Of a stretch of DNA of 64,000 nt, positions 1-9,311 are shown in pieces. The DNA comes from Dictyostelium discoideum. Taxonomy: Eukaryota. The DNA lies in contig CM000154.2 of NCBI GenBank assembly GCA_000004695.1, forward strand, positions 128,001-192,000. The letters run 5' to 3'. Under the pieces are notes generated by a model. That model had not been told where the DNA came from and ran no database searches. It saw nothing but the letters and a program-made list of their open reading frames with translations. Made by a program: the position numbers and the translations under genes. Within the stretch, counting starts at the first letter, position 1. Every line of letters begins with the position of its first letter.

Positions 1-1876
1 ATTTTTTTTTTTTTTTTTTAGTGGTCAGTTTTGTTTTATTTTATTGTTTGTTGTTTTTGGTGGTGGTTGGGTGTGTTGGTTTTCATTCCCCCACTCCCAT
101 TTAAACCCACCCTGCTATAAATTCTTTCCCCTAAAAAAAAAAAAAAAAAATTAAAATAAAAAAAAAAAAACCAATTAACTATCCCATTATTTTTGTGTGT
201 TTGTGTTATTTGAATTTCCAAAAAAAAAAAAAAAAAAAAACTAGCATTTTTTTTTTTTTTTTTTATATATCTATTTACATACTAACAGTATTGAAAAAAA
301 AAAATTTATTATTTAAACTACAAATAAAATTTTTATATACTAATAAAAACAAAAAAAAAAAAAAAATAAAAAAAAAACAATAATGATAAAAATAGTAACC
401 CCTACCATTTTATTCAAAATAAATTAAATGCTCCAATGCATTCAAAAAAATTTTATCTTGCCAAACAATACAAATGGGGTGAAAAAATACTCTATTTAAT
501 TGAAAGATTTCCAAAACAACCGATACTAAAACACTCATACTATTAATTTGAAAGCAATTAAAAAAAAAAAAAAAAAAAAAAAGAGTGAGCCACACATAGA
601 ACTGCAAATATCTGACAAAAAAAAAAAAAAAAAGAATGTGCATCATAACAACAATAAATAGATTTATTCATAGAGACCATTCCAATTTCAAAAGTTAACC
701 TTCCTTATTCATAATATGATGTGTTGGTGTACGAATTATAAACGCTATAAAAACGCATGTATAACCGTATAAAAACAAACATACATTTATATACCAATTA
801 TATTATTTCATTCATATATATAAATAAGAGAGGAACTGTTAAGAAAAAAAAAAAAAAAAAAAAATTAAAAAAAAAAAAAAAAATGAATTGAAAAAAAAAG
901 ATTAAATTTATTTTTAAATATTGGTATATTTTTTTTAAAAAATAACAATTATTATAATAATAATATAAATATGCTTTGAAATATAAATAAATAAAATTTT
1001 ATTGCAATTTACAAAAAAAAAATAAAAAATAAAAAAAAATAAAAAATAAAAAAAAATAAAAAAAATAAAAAATAAAAAATAAAAAATAAATACCACAAAC
1101 TTTAATAATGAGAGTAATAATTATTACAATAATTATTATTTTAAGATTGAAAAACTATGAGTTGAGCGAAAATATTTGAAAGCTCGTTTTTGGAAAAAGC
1201 AAAAGAAAAAAAAATAAAAAAAAAAATAACGGTTTTGGCCAAAACCACGAAAAAAAAAAAAAAAAAAAAAATTTAACCTATTCATCATTTTAAAACATAA
1301 ACTTTAAAAACCATCAAAAAAAATATTTCAAACACAAATATAAATTCATCTAACCAATTATTTTGATCTATTTTTAATTTTTTAAACAAATTAAACAATT
1401 TTTTTATTTATTTATTTATATTTTCTAAACTACCCCCCCCCCCCCCACACACCACACACCTCAAAAGTAAACTCATTTCAATAAATAATATCAAAAAAAA
1501 AAAAAAAAAAAAAAACAAAAACAACAATAATAATAATAATAATAAATTCACATGCTATGGGATATAAAAAAAAACAATTACTTTACAAATTTATAAATTT
1601 TCCAACCCCTTAACAAACAAATAATTAATTTGTAAAAAAAAGAATATAGAAATAATTAATAATATTTTTAATTTTCATTATAATAATTAAAATAATAATA
1701 ACAATAAATAAAAGTATTATCAATTGATAATATTAGGCGCACTCTTATTATACATTTTCACAGTACGATATTACACTAGGTATAGATAGAGATAATCATA
1801 TATTCATTCGATCTCTTAATATATATTTTCAAAATAACATAAAATAAAAATAAAAATAAAAATAAAAATAAAAATA

Positions 1877-2923
1877 ATGAAATCAATAATATCAAATATA
1901 AATAATATAGATAATAATCATTTAGCAGGAGGTGCATTAGCATTATGGTTTATATTAAATATTAGTACATTAATATTAAATAAATATATTTATTCATCAT
2001 TGTATTTCTATTATCCTATAACATTGACGGCGATACATATGTTTGTATGTTGGATTGGAAGTGTGGCAGTATTGCGAGTATATAAATTGATACCATTGAT
2101 AACGGTACAATGGAGTGGTAAACAATTTATAAATATAATGATTCTATCGATTTTATTTTGTTCAAATATTGTATTTGGAAATGTTTCATTACGTTGGGTT
2201 CCAGTATCGTTTATGCAAACTGTAAAGAGTTCAGTACCATTGTTTACTGTTATCTTGACTACATTATTCTTTAGTAATATTGGTGGAAAGAAAACAACAT
2301 TCACTCGTGGCACTTATTTATCGATGATTCCAATCGTTGGTGGTGTTTGCGTTGCCTCGCTATCAGAGGTGAATTTCAATCAAGCAGGTTTCATCGCTGC
2401 TTTAGCCTCAAGTATTTTATCAGCTGTTTTTGCAATCGTTTCAGGTTTGATTCTAACTCAACAAATGAATGCCGTCAATTTACTCTATTATATGTCCCCA
2501 ATATCTTGTTGTCTCCTCTTCCCTTTGAGCGCTTTCATGGAATGGAATGCTATCGCAAATGAATGGCCACTCTATGGCGAGAGTAAACCAATCGTCATTC
2601 TATTACTATCGGGTTTAATTGCTTTCCTTTTAAATACTTTCACCTTTTTAGTCATTAAATTAACTTCACCTTTAACCTACACCGTATCTGGTAATCTTAA
2701 AGTGGTCCTAAGTATTTCAATCTCAATTTTAGTCTTTAAAAATGAAACAAACTTTTTCAATGTTTTAGGTTGTGCCATAGCTATCATGGGTGTAGTTTGT
2801 TATAGTAACATTAAATATGAAGAATCAAAAGCAAAATTAGAACAACAACAACAACAATCTTTAAAACAATTAGAATCAATTTATGAAGAGAAATTAGATA
2901 AAGAATCTTTATTATCTAAATAA
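1877..2923 (+). CDS. Triose-phosphate/nucleotide-sugar transporter family (SLC35/TPT, EamA-like) multi-pass membrane protein, 348 aa
   Basis: Single uninterrupted ORF with ATG start. About 9-10 hydrophobic helices. The N-terminal segment LAGGALALWFILNISTLILNKYIY and the overall helix pattern resemble the SLC35E/TPT drug-metabolite transporter family. The C-terminus carries a poly-Q and K-rich tail. Confidence 0.6.
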   Translation: MKSIISNINNIDNNHLAGGALALWFILNISTLILNKYIYSSLYFYYPITLTAIHMFVCWIGSVAVLRVYKLIPLITVQWSGKQFINIMILSILFCSNIVFGNVSLRWVPVSFMQTVKSSVPLFTVILTTLFFSNIGGKKTTFTRGTYLSMIPIVGGVCVASLSEVNFNQAGFIAALASSILSAVFAIVSGLILTQQMNAVNLLYYMSPISCCLLFPLSAFMEWNAIANEWPLYGESKPIVILLLSGLIAFLLNTFTFLVIKLTSPLTYTVSGNLKVVLSISISILVFKNETNFFNVLGCAIAIMGVVCYSNIKYEESKAKLEQQQQQSLKQLESIYEEKLDKESLLSK

Positions 2924-2950
2924 ATAAATAAAATTAAAAATAAAAGATTG

Positions 2951-2989
<39 letters not shown>

Positions 2990-3269
2990 ATTTTTTTATT
3001 TACTAAATATTGAAGGGATTTGCATTAAGCTTTTATTTTGATTTTAAAATTGGAATAATATTATTATTATATATAAACAAAAAGCAAAAAATAAAATAAA
3101 GATCTTTTTTTTTTTTTTTTTATAAGATAGTCCAAACCAATTTATTGGTAATACAGGTGTTGTTGGTTTTAACCCCATCCATGAAGTTAAATTTTCATTT
3201 TATTTTTTTATTTTTTTTTGAAAATACATTATATTGTTATATTCTTTATCATTTAGGAGATTTTGAATT

Positions 3270-3920
3270 TTAATTTATATTATTTGTCATTTTTAAAATT
3301 TCATCAATTATTAAATTTGTATTAAAAGATTGATAATGAATTAAAGTTGGATCTATGTTGAATTGAGTTGTTTTTTTAATTTGATCTTTTTCAATAGGTG
3401 AAAACTCGACTATAATTGTTTTTTGTTTACCAAAGTGACTAATTAAATAACCCATTTCAAGTAATAAACTTAAATTTGGTTGTACCATTTCTTGATAGGC
3501 CTCAAAAAAATTATTAGTCTTTTTAAAAAATCTATTTTCATATGTAATTAAAATAATGCAAAAATCACATTTCTTAACTTCTTTTTCAATGGTATCTATT
3601 GATTTAGTAAATTCGCTATTATCATTTTGTGGTACTATTATCATATCGATTTTTAATTTAATTAACATTTCTTTTATAAAATTATTTGATTTTTCATTAT
3701 CACTATGTGCAATATACGCTCTTGCATTTCTCTTTGTAGTAATAATTGAATTTGTTGTATTAATAGTATTTGTAGTTGTGGTTGTTTTCTTTAATTGATT
3801 AAAGTTTGGTGGTATATATAAATTACTATTTCTAAATTCTAAATCTAAATCAACAACCTTATTATTATTTTTATTAAAATGGTATATGATTGGTTGATCT
3901 AAATCTGGATCTCTCCTCTT
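3270..3920 (-). CDS. Protein with a TIR-like predicted nucleotide-binding domain (PF10137/COG4271-like). Partial model; 5' extent unresolved.
   Basis: The reading frame is open on the minus strand from an AG acceptor-like site at about 3921 down to the stop at 3270. The track ORF 3270..3668 is the same frame from its first Met. RAYIAHSDNE, CDFCIILITYEN, QPNLSLLLEMGYLISHFGKQKTIIVEF and FNIDPTLIHY match the hFIxHghD / DxaIvLlTpDD / RxNVifElGyFiGkLG / LPSDl pattern of bacterial TIR-like domains. An ORF upstream in a different frame (about 3925-4268, Ser/Pro/Thr- and poly-Asn-rich, no start codon) suggests further exons, or a frame problem across the (AAT)n tract at 3947-4027. Confidence 0.45.
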   Translation of the reverse strand, partial: KRRDPDLDQPIIYHFNKNNNKVVDLDLEFRNSNLYIPPNFNQLKKTTTTTNTINTTNSIITTKRNARAYIAHSDNEKSNNFIKEMLIKLKIDMIIVPQNDNSEFTKSIDTIEKEVKKCDFCIILITYENRFFKKTNNFFEAYQEMVQPNLSLLLEMGYLISHFGKQKTIIVEFSPIEKDQIKKTTQFNIDPTLIHYQSFNTNLIIDEILKMTNNIN

Positions 3921-3945
3921 CTAAATTTGTAATATTATAATTATA

Positions 3946-4028
<83 letters not shown>

Positions 4029-4402
4029 CTAATAAAGGTATATTGTGGGATAAACTAGTTCTTAAAGGTGGGGTTGTTATATTAATAGATTCTTTATAAT
4101 TGGTGGGTGAAGTTTTTAATTTTTTAAATGGTGTCTCTGGATGTGATTGTTCTGTTGGTGGTTCTTCATTTTTTATTAATGAGGAAGATGTATTTAAAGG
4201 TGAACCTATTGTTTCAATGGGTGGTGATGGTATATTATCCTTATCATTTTTAAAAAAATCCCAAATATTTTTTTTTCTTTCAATTTCCTTTTTACTTCCA
4301 ATACCCCCTTCACTATTGTTCTATATTTAATTAATTAGTGTTTTAGTTGGATTTTGATTTTAATTTTGTTTTTTTGTTTTTTTTTTTCTCCATACAATTA
4401 AT

Positions 4403-4648
4403 TTATAAATAAATAATTTGTTTAAAACATACTAAACCTTCTAATATTTTTTCAATTTCAATATTTTTAGGTTGTGTTTGAATGGTACCAGTGGATAAAT
4501 AAAGAGTAATTGTAATTTTTTGGTAATCAATTAAAATTTTAAAAAAGATTTTATTTGGTTGTTCATTTGAGTTTAAAAATATGACCTGACTAAAAATAGT
4601 TTTCAAATGTTCATATGCCGATTCTGGTGTGATAAAAATTTTTTTCAT
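4403..4648 (-). CDS. Hypothetical 81-aa protein, possibly the 5' exon of the downstream TIR-like gene
   Basis: ATG-initiated ORF MKKIFITPESAYEHLKTIFSQVIFLNSNEQ... with composition unlike AT-rich noise. It lies on the same strand immediately upstream of the startless frame-A ORF and the TIR-like ORF. No homology recognised. Confidence 0.25.
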   Translation of the reverse strand: MKKIFITPESAYEHLKTIFSQVIFLNSNEQPNKIFFKILIDYQKITITLYLSTGTIQTQPKNIEIEKILEGLVCFKQIIYL

Positions 4649-5012
4649 GTTGATGTGGCATTTTTGTTTTTACAAACAAATAAAAAAAAAAATTAAAAAA
4701 AATTAAAAAAAAAAAAAAAAAAAAAAATCCAAATCTATTTTGACATTATTTTTATTTACCACACTTGCATTGGTGGTGTTTCTTTGTTAGCAAAATGACT
4801 CATCTTTATTTCCAGTCAATTTTTAAATATATTTGGTAGTGACTAAACAAAGATATTTTTATTTTATTTTCATTTTTAAACACAAATAAATTTCTTTTAT
4901 TTTATTTTTTTTTTTTTAATGTTTTTTTTTATTGTTTTTTTTAATTGTATTCAATTATCTATCTTTTAACATTTTTAAAAAGATTTAAACTATTAATACT
5001 AAATATAATAAA

Positions 5013-6305
5013 ATGGAAAATGAAATTGAAAATGAAGAAAAGAAATTTGATAATGATAAAATTGTAAAACTAATTATAATTGGGTGTGGTCAAAGAGGAT
5101 TTGTTTATAGTAGATATGCTATCGAAAGACCAAATAGATTAAAGATTGTTGCAGTTTGTGATCCAATTAAATTTAGAAGAGATAAATTTGGTTTAGAATT
5201 TGGATTAAACTCTAATATGATATTTGAAAATTGGAATGAAATTATTTCAATAGATAAATTTGCTGATGCAGTATTGATAGCAACACCTGATCAATTACAT
5301 TGTGAACCTGCAATTGCATTCGCCAGTAAAAAGTATCATTTATTAGTTGAGAAACCATTGGCAATAACTCTAGAAGATTGTGAAAAAATTACAGCAGCCT
5401 GCAAAGCCAACAATGTAATGTTATCAGTATGTCATGTATTAAGATATGCACCAGTGAATATAAAAATTAAACATTTAATTGATAGTGGTTTAATTGGTGA
5501 AGTATTAAATATTCAACATTTAGAACCAGTTGGATATTATCATCAAGCTCATTCATATGTTAGAGGTAATTGGAGAAACCTTTCAGGTTCAACCTTTATG
5601 TTATTATCAAAATCATGTCATGATCTTGATTTAATTCATTATTTTATGGGAGGCAGGAAATGTAAAAAAGTTTCATCATTTGGTAGTTTAACATACTTTA
5701 AAAAGGAAAATAAACCAATTGAAGCTGGTAATGCAATGAAATGTTTTGAATGTCCAATTAGTAATAAATGTCCATATAGTGCTCAAAAGATTTATTTAGA
5801 ACGTTATCCTTGGAAAAATCATGTACTAGTACCAGATAGAGAACCAACCAAAGAGAATGTTCAATTTGCCATTGAAAATGGTCCATATGGTAGATGCGTC
5901 TATGAGAGTGATAATGATGTGGTTGATCAACAAATTGTAAATTTAGAGTTTGAAGGTGGTGCACTATCTTCTTTTAGTATGGTAGCATTCACTGAGAGCA
6001 TGTGTGTACGTAAAATTAGAATCTTTGGTTCAATGGGTCAATTAGAATGTAACAATGGATATGATATCATCTATGATGACTTTAAATTTGGTCAAAAGGA
6101 AATCTTTAAACCACCTGTAATTCAAAAAACTAAAATGTCAAATCATGGTTCCTCAGATTATTATCTCATGAGATCATTTATTTATGCTATATCTGAAAAT
6201 GATCCAACTCAAATATTATCTGGTCCTGATGATACTCTAGCTTCCCATAAATTAGTATTTGATTCTGAAAATTCAAGATTAAATAATACAATTTTAAATT
6301 TTTAA
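5013..6305 (+). CDS. Gfo/Idh/MocA-family NAD(P)-dependent oxidoreductase, 430 aa
   Basis: N-terminal Rossmann motif KLIIIGCGQRGFVYSRYA. The stretch VAVCDP...FADAVLIATPDQLHCEPAIAFASKKYHLLVEKPLA is typical of the Gfo/Idh/MocA N-terminal domain, and the EKP motif is conserved. Single exon. Confidence 0.75.
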   Translation: MENEIENEEKKFDNDKIVKLIIIGCGQRGFVYSRYAIERPNRLKIVAVCDPIKFRRDKFGLEFGLNSNMIFENWNEIISIDKFADAVLIATPDQLHCEPAIAFASKKYHLLVEKPLAITLEDCEKITAACKANNVMLSVCHVLRYAPVNIKIKHLIDSGLIGEVLNIQHLEPVGYYHQAHSYVRGNWRNLSGSTFMLLSKSCHDLDLIHYFMGGRKCKKVSSFGSLTYFKKENKPIEAGNAMKCFECPISNKCPYSAQKIYLERYPWKNHVLVPDREPTKENVQFAIENGPYGRCVYESDNDVVDQQIVNLEFEGGALSSFSMVAFTESMCVRKIRIFGSMGQLECNNGYDIIYDDFKFGQKEIFKPPVIQKTKMSNHGSSDYYLMRSFIYAISENDPTQILSGPDDTLASHKLVFDSENSRLNNTILNF

Positions 6306-6429
6306 ATAAAATTAAATAAATAAATTTAAAAAAAAACCAAATGTTTTTTTTTTTTTTTTTTTTTTTAAGTGTTCAATGTAATTAGTTACATTGATATTTA
6401 TTTATTTTTTTAACTTGTCAATCGAAAAA

Positions 6430-6640
6430 ATAAGGGGATTAATAATATTATGGAAGAGGAATAAAAAGAATGAAGAGAAGAAAGAAGTATAGAAGAAAAG
6501 GAGTATAGAAGTAGAGGAGAGGGAGGAAAAGTGGAGAGGAAGGAAGGAAAGAAGGGGTGAAGAGGTATAAAGGAAGGAGGTATAAAGGAAGGAGGTATAA
6601 AGGGAGGGAAGTTGAAAAGTATGGGGGTTGAGACACATAA
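6430..6640. repeat. About 200-bp polypurine (GA-rich) tract containing three tandem copies of GGTATAAAGGAAGGAG
   Basis: The plus strand at 6430-6640 is almost entirely A/G (gaagaggaataaaaagaatgaagagaag...ggtataaaggaaggaggtataaaggaaggaggtataaaggg). It lies between the convergent 3' ends of the oxidoreductase and p80-like genes. Minus-strand ORFs 6402-6661 are artefacts of this repeat. Confidence 0.6.
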
Positions 6641-6721
6641 AATTACTGATCCACCTTCCATATTTTCTTTTGGTTTTTTTTTTGTTTTTGATTTTGATTT
6701 TGATTTGGTGTATATATAAAT

Positions 6722-6760
<39 letters not shown>

Positions 6761-6805
6761 TACTTATCATTTATATTTCTTTAAGGTGTCAAGATCTTCG
6801 GAAGT

Positions 6806-8581
6806 TCACTCGCAACAAGTAACTCTTGGAGTATAGTTACGATATCTACCAAAGAGAATATTACCAACTAAAACTCCTGCAATTACTGCAAAAAAGAGTG
6901 CAACATTAAATGTCATTCTGTAAATTAATTGGTAATAATAAAAAAAAAACATTAATATTTCATTATGTATAAAAAAAATTAATAAAATTAAAAAAAAGGT
7001 TCAACTTACGCAACAAGCATTAAAGCATAACTACATGTTAGTTCGATAGCATGTAAACATCCTCTCTGTTTTAATAAAAAAAAAAAAAAAAACAAAAAAA
7101 AATTATTATTAGTATGAATAAATTAAATAAAAAAAATAAAAAGAATTTATACATACAATTATATCTCTATAAGAGAATTTTGGATAAGAACCACTTAAGA
7201 AAGATGAATTAATTAAATTATTATCTTCTGAATCTTTTTTGTTTGGAGTCCATCTTTTTTCTAAAATACTTCTAAGGGTTTTTTCGAGTTCAAAAAAGAT
7301 AGCAAAGAAAAAGATGGCAAACCATGAACCAGCAAATTGACGGTCAGTTCTTGGTACCCAAGATTTAAAGAGGATATAGTCCAAGATACCAGTGTGAAAG
7401 TACATTCTCATGATTGGAACGGCGTCAGCAACAGAGGCGACACAATAGTCTGATGTGATTTGAGAGTTGTAGAGTTGACCAGAGGAGGAACACATCTTGG
7501 TCCAATTGGCACATTGTGACATATCAGGCATAGCCATACAAAGGGAGGAGTAAACTGGCAAAACATCACAGGTGGTAGTTGGTGAATTTCCTGAACATTT
7601 CTCACAACCATCCATTGCCATCTCTGTGCAAATACTTTTAATACCAGCGAATAATTGCATTGTGGTTGGTAAATTACTAATTGAATCGACTGATGAACAT
7701 TGTTCAACAACTGAACCTGATGCGCAGAGTTTCTTAAAGTTTGAACAACCATTCATACCTGGCATATCATGGAGACAGCTATCACCAAGAATTGAAAATG
7801 GAGCACAAATACCACTTGTTGATGATTCTTGATTACATGATTTTTGAATGGAGCATACTGTCATGTATGGCATACTCTTACAAAGGTTAAGGATATCGGC
7901 ATTTGCATTGGCAGCAGTATAAACATAGTCTGCACAACTTGGATCGGATGGATTGGTGAAACAATCTGTTGCAGGTGTTGGCTCATCAGTACAAATTCCC
8001 GAGGAGATTGGTGAACTTGCCATGTTACCAGAAGAAGCACACATTTGGGTCCAGTTGGCACATTGACCCATCTCTGGCATTGCAAGACAAAGAGTGGAAT
8101 AAACTGTTAATACATCACAAGTGGCATTTAATATTGTGCATTTTTCACAACCTGTCATTGTCATTTCATTACAAATACTTTTAATATTTGCCCACATTTT
8201 CATTGTAGTTGGAAGATCGGTAACAGAGTCAACGGTTGAACATTGTTCAACGACTGAACCGGATGCACATAATTTCTTAAAGTTATTACAACCACTCATG
8301 CCTGGCATATCGTGAAGACAACTATCACCAAGAATTGAGAATGGATCACAAATACCACTTGTTGAGGATTCTTGATTACATGATTGTTGAATGGTACAAA
8401 CTGGCATATAAGGCATGCTACCACATAAATTATTGATATCTGCTGTTATATTTGCCAATGGATATTGAAAATTGGTACAACTAGCATCACTTGAATTTGT
8501 GACACAATCAACTTGTCCTTGAACTAAAAATAAAGAACAACTAATTAAAATGAAAAATAATAAGCCTGATATTACTTTCAT
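6806..8581 (-). CDS. p80: p80-like Ctr-family copper-transporter-like membrane protein with a large duplicated Cys-rich lumenal N-terminal domain; 3 exons, about 530 aa
   Basis: Exons approximately complement(7157..8581), complement(7010..7065) and complement(6806..6917). Signal peptide MKVISGLLFFILISCSLFLVQG. Two about 190-aa Cys-rich repeats (NLCGSMPYMPVCTIQQSCNQESSTSGICDPFSILGDSCLHDMPGM... then NLCKSMPYMTVCSIQKSCNQESSTSGICAPFSILGDSCLHDMPGM...). The C-terminus carries the Ctr signature: TM1 MRMYFHTGILDYILFKSW..FAGSWFAIFFFAIFFE, an MxxxM motif (MLVAM) in spliced exon 2, GxxxG (GVLVG) and a terminal CC in exon 3. Introns use GTATGT/GTAAGT donors and AG acceptors and the frame is restored. The architecture matches the described Dictyostelium p80 endosomal protein. 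Confidence 0.7.
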
Positions 8582-9311
8582 TTTTTTCTATATATATATT
8601 ATATTGCTTGTATGTTTGGGTGTGTGAGTGTGTGTTTTTATTATTTTTTTTTTTTTTTCTATTTTATTTTTTATTTTTATTTTTTTTTTAATTGATTTTT
8701 AATTATTAATAATTTATTATTATTTATTACTATTATTTATTAAAAAAAAAATAATAAAATAAAGAAAAAAAAATAAATAAATTTAGACAATTAGAATTTT
8801 AATTTACCCAATAATTGTATTTGAACGAATGAAACTCAAAAATAAAAAAAATAAAAAAATAAAAAAAAAAATAAAAAAAATTAAAAAAATTAAAATGAAA
8901 AAAAAAAAAAAAAAAAAAAAAATCTTGTGGGGACAAATGTTTTTCAATTAAAATTGAACTTGGGTATTTTTGTAAAAACACAATTAAATAATAAAGAAAT
9001 AATAAAAAAAAAATAAAAACTATATATTCTTTTTTTTTTTTATTTTTTATTTTTCCTTTTTCAATTTATTCAATCATTTCTTTTAATTTATTTTTTTCCC
9101 AATTTATTTAATCATTTTTTTTTTTATTATTTTTTTTTCCCATTTAAAATTTATTTTTTTTAATTTTTTTTTTTTATTTTTTTTTTTTTTTTTTTTTACT
9201 TTTATAATTTTTTTTTTTAATTTATTTTTTTTTTTAATTTTTTTTTTTTACTTTTATTTTTTTTTTCAATTTTTTTATTAATTGTGATTTATATATTTGT
9301 TTATTCAATAA

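Noticed and set aside
36-646. Short ORFs 36..221, 195..383 and 410..646 at the window start
   Set aside because: Poly-A/T-driven Lys/Phe/Asn-rich peptides typical of non-coding AT-rich intergenic DNA, with no splice or homology support.
6402-6661. Three overlapping minus-strand ORFs in the GA-rich tract
   Set aside because: Products of the polypurine repeat, giving Pro/Leu/Phe/Ser-rich nonsense in all frames.
7408-8315. Track ORFs 7408..7752(-), 7572..7832(+), 7861..8085(-), 7969..8184(+) and 8121..8315(+) overlapping the p80-like gene
   Set aside because: They are alternative-frame or antisense ORFs inside a confidently assigned CDS. Their Q/H/V/L-rich composition mirrors the sense-strand Cys/Ser codons, and they have no independent splice or homology support.
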